From Zetaproteobacteria bacterium (GTDB lineage: Bacteria; Pseudomonadota; Zetaproteobacteria; Mariprofundales; J009): a stretch of DNA of 64,000 nt. A program made the position numbers and the translations under genes. This document shows, piece after piece, positions 56,871-64,000 of this stretch; within the stretch, counting starts at the first letter, position 1, and every line of letters starts with the position of its first letter. The DNA lies in assembly GCA_003696765.1 (NCBI GenBank), contig RFFX01000050.1, positions 12,894 through 76,893 of the forward strand. The letters are read 5' to 3'. The notes under the pieces were generated by a model. It was given only the letters and a program-made list of their open reading frames with translations. It searched no databases and was not told where the DNA came from.

Positions 56871-57322
56871 CGCCGCGCCCCCACCGCGACGACCGGCACA
56901 CCGCTGCCGTCGAGGCATGTGATCTCCACCCGCGTCCCCGCCTCGCCGCTCTCCACCGAGAAGTGGTCCGCCACCCGACGCACGCCGACCAGCCCCCCGC
57001 CGAGCAGATCGCACCGCTGGTCGGGACGGTCGTGCAGCACCCAGTCCATCTCTCCGATCCCCGGCCCGTCGTCGCTGCAGCAGATCCGGACGCCGTCGCG
57101 CCCGTCGACCTCGCACAGCTCGGCGCGGCAGTGGCCGCCGCCGGCGTGTTTGAGCACGTTCTCCGCCAGCTCGGTGGCGCACATCACCACCCGCGCCTGA
57201 TCGGCCAGGTTCATCCCCACCTGCTGGGCCAGCATCCGTACCTGGCGGCGGAAGGCGATGAGATCCTCCATGCAGGAGAGCTCCAGCTCCGCATGGAGCA
57301 GAGGATTCCGCTTCCTGTTCAT
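56867..57322 (-). CDS. RsbT-like anti-sigma regulatory factor / switch serine kinase (HATPase_c, GHKL)
   Basis: A 151-aa protein. DQARVVMCATELAENVLKHAGGG ... GVRICCSDDGPGIGEM ... LLGGGLVGVRRVADHFSVESGEAGTRVEI aligns with B. subtilis RsbT (DQARITTAISELARNIYLYAGKG ... GLKIIAEDQGPGIPDI ... GLGAGLPGVKRLMDEFSLNSVAGEGTEI). Confidence 0.8.
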   Translation of the reverse strand: MNRKRNPLLHAELELSCMEDLIAFRRQVRMLAQQVGMNLADQARVVMCATELAENVLKHAGGGHCRAELCEVDGRDGVRICCSDDGPGIGEMDWVLHDRPDQRCDLLGGGLVGVRRVADHFSVESGEAGTRVEITCLDGSGVPVVAVGARR

Positions 57323-57498
57323 ATCCCCACCCCGAGTAGATCGATCGCCACCGAAGCCGGGCCGGCGGCGGTCGGCACCATAGCGGCGGCGCCATAAGAT
57401 GCAAACGTAAAGCCGACTCATTTTCACGGAGTTACCATGGCGCGATCCCCGGCGCGATCCCCCTTTACCCGGTGCTCCCTCTCCGCTAGCGTGGCAGG

Positions 57499-58220
57499 AT
57501 GGAACCCTCATCCACCTGCTTCATCACCGCCGTCGACACCGACGCCGGCAAGAGCTTCCTCGCCGGGCTGCTCTACCGGGCGCTGCGCAGGCGCGGCGTG
57601 GCCGCCGCGGCGCTCAAGCCGGTGGCCTGCGGCGTGAACGGGGAAGGGGTCAACCCCGACGTGGCGCGGCTTCGCGCCCTGCAACCCGAGGCGGAGGAGA
57701 TCAACTTCCACACCACCCGGGCCCCGCGGGCGCCGCTCTTCGCCGGGCCGGTGGCGCGCGGGGAGCTGCTCGACTGGTGCCGCCGGAAGACGGCGCGGCC
57801 CGGTGTCACCCTGATCGAAGGGGTGGGTGGGCTGATGGTGCCGTTGGCCGAGGGCTTCACCCAGCTCGACTGGATCCTCTCTCTGCCGAAGGCGCTCGTC
57901 GTCCTGGTGGTTCCCGCCCGCCTGGGCTGCCTGAGCCAGATGTTGACCCATCTGAGCCTGCTCGACGCCCTCGACCGCCGCCCCTGGCTGGTGGTCAACT
58001 GCATCGACCAGGACGCCCTCTCCTTCGGGAAGGAGTGCCTGCAGGCGGCCGATAGCTGGTTCCCCTGGGTGCCGGCGGAGCTGCTGCCGCCGGAGGCCGA
58101 CGACTGCCCCGCCCTGACCGACCGGCTCTGCCGCCCGCCGGCCCCACCGGTTGCAACGGTCCGGCCGCGTCCCTACATACCCGGCCGTCCACCATACCAA
58201 GCGGAGGTAAATCCCACACG

Positions 58221-58224
<4 letters not shown>
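57499..58224 (+). CDS. bioD: ATP-dependent dethiobiotin synthetase BioD
   Basis: CFITAVDTDAGKSFLAGLL is a P-loop of the GTDTxVGKT type. LIEGVGGLMVPL corresponds to the EGAGG motif. The product size is appropriate. Its stop overlaps the htpG start (ATGA). Confidence 0.75.
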
Positions 58225-60113
<1,889 letters not shown>

Positions 60114-60327
60114 GAGGAGGACGCTCCCGGAACCGCCCGCCGGCCGACGACCGCGCCGCACGCCCCCCGCGTTCGACCCGACGCGGCAATACCAGGGGGA
60201 ATCGCTGCACGCAAGCGGGCGATCCGCGCACTGGCGGCAGTAGGGGGCGGCGCTAGTTTTCCCGCCGCTGAGGCGGACGTCGTCCCCCGCCGTGCCGCCG
60301 ACCACGCCCGCCCAAGGAGGCTTGCCG

Positions 60328-60969
60328 ATGTTCGAACCGTCCCTCCGCGCCACGCGATGGCGCCGTTCCCTGGCCTTGGCGACGCTGGCCCTGATCACCC
60401 TCTCCTGCCCCCCGATCCACGCCGACGAACCCGGCCCCAAGGCGGTGGTGCAGCAGACGGTGCAGTCGGTGATCGAGATTCTCGATCAGCGCAGCGACAA
60501 GACGAAGCTGCGCGAGCCGGAGCGGGCGGCGATCCGCGCCATCCTCAAGGAGCGCTTCGATTTCGCCGAGATGACCCGCCGCTCCATCGGCCGCGCCTGG
60601 AAGGGGCTCGATCCGAGGCGGCGGCAGGAGTTCACCGTGCTCTTCACCCAACTGATGGAGTACACCTACGGCAACCGCCTGAGCAGCTACCACGGCCAGA
60701 AGATCGAGTACGACGATGCCGAGTTCCGGCACAAGCGGGCGCGGGTCAAGTCGCGGGTGATCGACGGCGACAAAATCACTCCGGTGGAGTACCGACTGCG
60801 CCGGCGTGGGGGGGGGTGGAGGATCTACGACGTCAAGATCGAGGGGGTGAGCCTGATCAACACCTTCCGTCGGGATTTCCGCTCCATGATCGAGCGTCGC
60901 GGCATCGATGGCCTCTATGCGGCGCTGCAGGAGAAGGTCGCAACCCTCAAGGCCAAGAGCCGCGACTGA
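60328..60969 (+). CDS. mlaC: MlaC/Ttg2D-family periplasmic phospholipid-binding protein
   Basis: The SD AAGGAGG precedes the ATG at 60328. A signal peptide is followed by FDFAEMTRRSIGRAWKGLDPRRRQEFTVLFTQLMEYTYGNRL...WRIYDVKIEGVSLINTFRRDFRSMIERRGIDGLYAAL. Confidence 0.82.
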   Translation: MFEPSLRATRWRRSLALATLALITLSCPPIHADEPGPKAVVQQTVQSVIEILDQRSDKTKLREPERAAIRAILKERFDFAEMTRRSIGRAWKGLDPRRRQEFTVLFTQLMEYTYGNRLSSYHGQKIEYDDAEFRHKRARVKSRVIDGDKITPVEYRLRRRGGGWRIYDVKIEGVSLINTFRRDFRSMIERRGIDGLYAALQEKVATLKAKSRD

Positions 60970-61011
60970 TCCGTCGCGGTGGCCCAGCGGCACCGCCGAC
61001 AGACCGCCGCC

Positions 61012-64000
61012 GTGAAACACCTCCTCCTCTGCTGCTGGCGCATCACGCTGGCCGTGCTGTTCGTCGCCCTGCTCTTGCCGGTCGGCGCCTTCCTCTACCT
61101 CGCGCCCGACGCCGAATCGCTCCAGCCGCAGATCGAGGCGCTGGTGGCCGGAGAGACGGGGCTGGGGCTGGTGCGGCTCGGCCGCCTCTCCTGGCACTGG
61201 CGCGGGCGCCTCTGGCTCCACTCCGACGATTTCCGCATGGCCACCCAGGACCGTTCGCTGCGCTTCGACCACGCGGCGATCGACATCCGCCTCTCCCTGT
61301 TCGATCTGCTGCGCGGCGACATCACCCCCGAGCTGCTGCGCTTCACGGGGGGGACGATGCGCATCACCCCCGCCTTCCTGGAGAGCCCGCTGCTCGCCTT
61401 GCCGCCGATCCCCTACCGCTTCGACCGGCTCACCCTGCGATGGGCCGCGCCTGGGCTGCAGCACGATTTCCTCATCGACCACTTCCGCGCCGACGTAGGC
61501 GGCGGGCCGTTCGCGCTGGAGACGAAGGCGCTTACCGTCCGCGGCGTGTTGCGCGACGACCTGCTGCCGCGGCAGGCGGAGGTGGTCTGGCGCACCTTGG
61601 AGTGGCTGCCCGCGGCGTGGCGTACGCCGTGGGTCGAGGGGGACAGCCGCGGCCGCATCACCGTGCGGATGGAGGGGGAGCGCCGCTGGCGGATCGAGGG
61701 GGAGAGCGCGGGCGTCGGCGGGCCGATCGTGCTGCGACCGGGCGAAGGCCGCTACCCGACCGACCACATCGAAGGGAGGCTGTACGCCGTCGTCGACCGG
61801 AAGGGGGGGCTGCGGTCGCTGCGGCTGGAGCGGCTGCACTGGCGCCTCGGCCGACAGGAGATCCGCGCCGGGGGGGAGTGGCAGGCGGGGTTGGCCACCC
61901 TGCAGGCCCGAGCGGAACATCTGGAGATGCCGCTGGTCTGGAGCTGGCTCACGCCGCTGGGGGGGGAGCGCTGGCGCCGCTGGCTCGGTGCCATGCAGGA
62001 GGGCACGGCGCGTGACGCCACCGCCTCGATCACCCTTCCATGGCCGAATCCGCTGCGCCGTCCACCGCAATGGGAGGGGATGCGCTACCGGGTCGATGCC
62101 CGGATCGAGGAGAGCGACATCGCCCTCGGTCTGGGCGGCGCGCGGCTGACCGGAACCCGCGGCACGCTCCACCTCGATCAGAGCCGCCTCTGGGCGAACG
62201 TGGAGCATGCCACCCTCCCCCACCGGCTGGGGAGGATCAGCGGCACGGTGGTGATCCCGTGGGATCGCCTCGAGCTGGCCATCCACGGCAGCGGCACCAC
62301 CGACCTGGAACGGCTCCTCCACTGGCAGGGGGTCGAAGAGCGGGTGCAGTGGCGCAACGCCGCCACCGACGCCACCTTCGACATGCGCTGGCGGGTCAAC
62401 GCCCCCGAACCGAGCAACGCCCGGGTGGAGCTGCGCCCCCACGACCGCTGGCAGCTGGTCTTCGCCGGGATCGAGGCACGGATGGAGGACGGCTACCTGC
62501 TGTGGCGGCCGGGGAGCCTGACCATGCACGGGATGACCTTCCACATCGGTTCGGTGGGGGGGGAGTGCCGCGCCACCCTCGAGAAGCGGCAGGACGGATG
62601 GGCGCTGACCGACTTCCTCGCCCGCTCACGCATCGACCTCACCGACCGCCGATCGATCGCCGCCCCCTTCGTGCAGCAGCCGCGCGGCGAGCTGCAGCTT
62701 ACGCTGCGCTTCGACGGCACATGGCACGGGCTGCTCGACGCCGGTGAGGCCGGCTGGAGCAACCTGCTCGGCGCGCGCAAGAGGCCGGGGGAGCCGCTCT
62801 CCATCCGCCTGGGCGAGATCCGTTTCAGCCCCGACGCCCGTGGCCGCTGGAGCGTGCGTGGCATCAGCAGCCGCGGCCCGGCGCTGCGCCTCGAACGGGC
62901 GCACATCGCCCACCGGGATGGGGCGTTGGTCATCGACCTCCCCCGGCTGCACACCAGGGCCCTCGACGGCGCCTTCCACCTCCTCCTGCCGGATGGCCGG
63001 CGCAAGCCGGCACGGCTGCGCTTCACCGTGCGGCGGCTCGAACGCGATGCGCTGCGGCCGCTGGTCGACAACTGGCGCCACCGTGCGCAGCGGCGGAGAT
63101 GGCTCGCCCACGGCACCATCGACCGCTTCGGTTGGGGCGACAACCTGCGGGCGCGCGCCATCGACTTCCGCCGGGAGGCCGACGGCGACAACCGGGTGGC
63201 CATCGGCCGGCTCGACATCGAGGATGCGCAGGTGCAATCGCTGCGCGCCCGCTTCCGCCTGGCGCCGGACCACATCGACATCCGCGAGCTCCACGCATCG
63301 GTCGCCGGCCAGCGGCTGATGGTCTCCGCCCTGCTGCGCCGCCTCGGCGAGGGGCGCTGGGGCTGGTCGGGCATTGCCGCGCTCGACGGACCCTTCGGCG
63401 ACCTGATGGAGCAGCTCGGCCTCTCCCGCCTCTTCGCCGGCGGCACCGTCCACGCCCTCTTCAACGGCCGCGGCCGGCTGGTGCGCCACCAGCCGTGGTG
63501 GCGCTCGCTCGAGGGGCGGCTGCGCATGCGCGTCGACGACGGCCGCATCCTCGACAGCGGTACGCTGACCCGGCTGCTGGCCGCGACCAGCCTCTTCGAT
63601 CTGCCCGGCTTCATCCTCGGCGGGCGCGACGATCTCACCGGCAAGGGGATGCTCTTCCGCCACCTGCAGCTGGAGGGGAACATGGATCGGGGCACCATCC
63701 GCATCCACCGTATCGCCATGCGCGCCTCGGCGATGGACGTCGCCGGCACCGGCAGCCTCGACATCGGCCGCGACCATGCCGACGTCTATCTGGTGGCCCG
63801 CCCCCTGCAGAACCTCGACACCATCATCAACAGCATCCCACTGGTGCGCGACATCCTCGGCGGGCCGGCACACAGCCTCTTCCGTAAGGTCTACCACCTG
63901 CACGGGCCGCTCAACGACGCCCGCATCGACCCGGCGACGCCGAAGGAGGCCGGCCTGCGCTCCGCCGGGGTGATCGACACCCTGCTCAACCTGCCGACGC
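61012..64000 (+). CDS. AsmA-family / YhdP-like large envelope protein (first ~996 codons; 3' end beyond the window)
   Basis: Absent from the ORF track because it has no stop in the window. Frame 1 from the GTG at 61012 reads VKHLLLCCWRITLAVLFVALLLPVGAFLYLAPDAESLQPQIEALVAGETGLGLVRLGRLSWHWRGRLWLHSDDFRMATQD... and is still open at 64000 (...HGPLNDARIDPATPKEAGLRSAGVIDTLLNLPT). It has an N-terminal TM anchor followed by a long beta-rich region, and follows mlaC. The three long minus-strand ORFs here look like antisense artefacts. Confidence 0.6.
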   Translation, partial: MKHLLLCCWRITLAVLFVALLLPVGAFLYLAPDAESLQPQIEALVAGETGLGLVRLGRLSWHWRGRLWLHSDDFRMATQDRSLRFDHAAIDIRLSLFDLLRGDITPELLRFTGGTMRITPAFLESPLLALPPIPYRFDRLTLRWAAPGLQHDFLIDHFRADVGGGPFALETKALTVRGVLRDDLLPRQAEVVWRTLEWLPAAWRTPWVEGDSRGRITVRMEGERRWRIEGESAGVGGPIVLRPGEGRYPTDHIEGRLYAVVDRKGGLRSLRLERLHWRLGRQEIRAGGEWQAGLATLQARAEHLEMPLVWSWLTPLGGERWRRWLGAMQEGTARDATASITLPWPNPLRRPPQWEGMRYRVDARIEESDIALGLGGARLTGTRGTLHLDQSRLWANVEHATLPHRLGRISGTVVIPWDRLELAIHGSGTTDLERLLHWQGVEERVQWRNAATDATFDMRWRVNAPEPSNARVELRPHDRWQLVFAGIEARMEDGYLLWRPGSLTMHGMTFHIGSVGGECRATLEKRQDGWALTDFLARSRIDLTDRRSIAAPFVQQPRGELQLTLRFDGTWHGLLDAGEAGWSNLLGARKRPGEPLSIRLGEIRFSPDARGRWSVRGISSRGPALRLERAHIAHRDGALVIDLPRLHTRALDGAFHLLLPDGRRKPARLRFTVRRLERDALRPLVDNWRHRAQRRRWLAHGTIDRFGWGDNLRARAIDFRREADGDNRVAIGRLDIEDAQVQSLRARFRLAPDHIDIRELHASVAGQRLMVSALLRRLGEGRWGWSGIAALDGPFGDLMEQLGLSRLFAGGTVHALFNGRGRLVRHQPWWRSLEGRLRMRVDDGRILDSGTLTRLLAATSLFDLPGFILGGRDDLTGKGMLFRHLQLEGNMDRGTIRIHRIAMRASAMDVAGTGSLDIGRDHADVYLVARPLQNLDTIINSIPLVRDILGGPAHSLFRKVYHLHGPLNDARIDPATPKEAGLRSAGVIDTLLNLPT

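Noticed and set aside
57439-57462. Tandem 12-mer GGCGCGATCCCC x2 in the bioD / RsbT-like divergent region
   Set aside because: It has only two units and no symmetry, and it does not recur elsewhere in the window. It is most simply a slippage duplication.
60253-63903. Three long minus-strand ORFs (60253-62544, 62493-63764, 62626-63903)
   Set aside because: They overlap each other in different frames and are antisense to mlaC and to the open plus-strand frame from 61012, which gives a sensible TM-anchored AsmA/YhdP-like sequence running off the window. They are treated as artefacts.

Overview
GC-rich (about two-thirds G+C by eye) bacterial chromosomal window dominated by flagellar genes. A roughly 20.7 kb minus-strand supercluster runs from 26410 down to 5721: fliQ-fliR-flhB, two unknown membrane proteins, flhA-flhF-flhG, fliA, a DUF2802-like/FliK-like/FlhB-C-like trio, flgF-G-A-H-I-J, flgM-flgN-flgK-flgL, and csrA-fliW. 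A plus-strand block at 42023-47599 carries motA, two motB paralogues and fliL-M-N-O-P. Housekeeping genes are interleaved: an ABC-2 transporter, an HU-like gene, a CorC/CNNM gene, hisS, initiator tRNA-fMet, priA, an L,D-transpeptidase, ctpA, hslVU, nadE, glnB, bioD, htpG, mlaC and an AsmA/YhdP-like gene. There are two sensory islands: 26.5-30.7 kb (soluble CZB chemoreceptor, DUF2892, MHYT hybrid kinase) and 49.8-57.3 kb (receiver, giant kinase with degenerate GGDEF, and an RsbT-like kinase with two RsbU_N-fused outputs). The most unusual signal is non-coding. A ~155-nt mosaic repeat made of five short hairpins occupies at least 18 intergenic sites. It is almost always co-oriented with the flanking genes, often contributes the upstream gene's TGA stop, and displays A(N)GGA motifs in its hairpin loops, close to a csrA-fliW pair. 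Four good sigma-54 type (GG-N10-GC) promoter matches precede flagellar units. Two real genes run off the window edges and are absent from the ORF track (GldG-like at 1-1283 minus; AsmA/YhdP-like at 61012-64000 plus). Many long ORFs in the track are antisense artefacts of the high G+C content. No CRISPR array, rRNA, transposase or prophage gene was seen. All calls rest on my reading of the sequence and translations; no database search was run.
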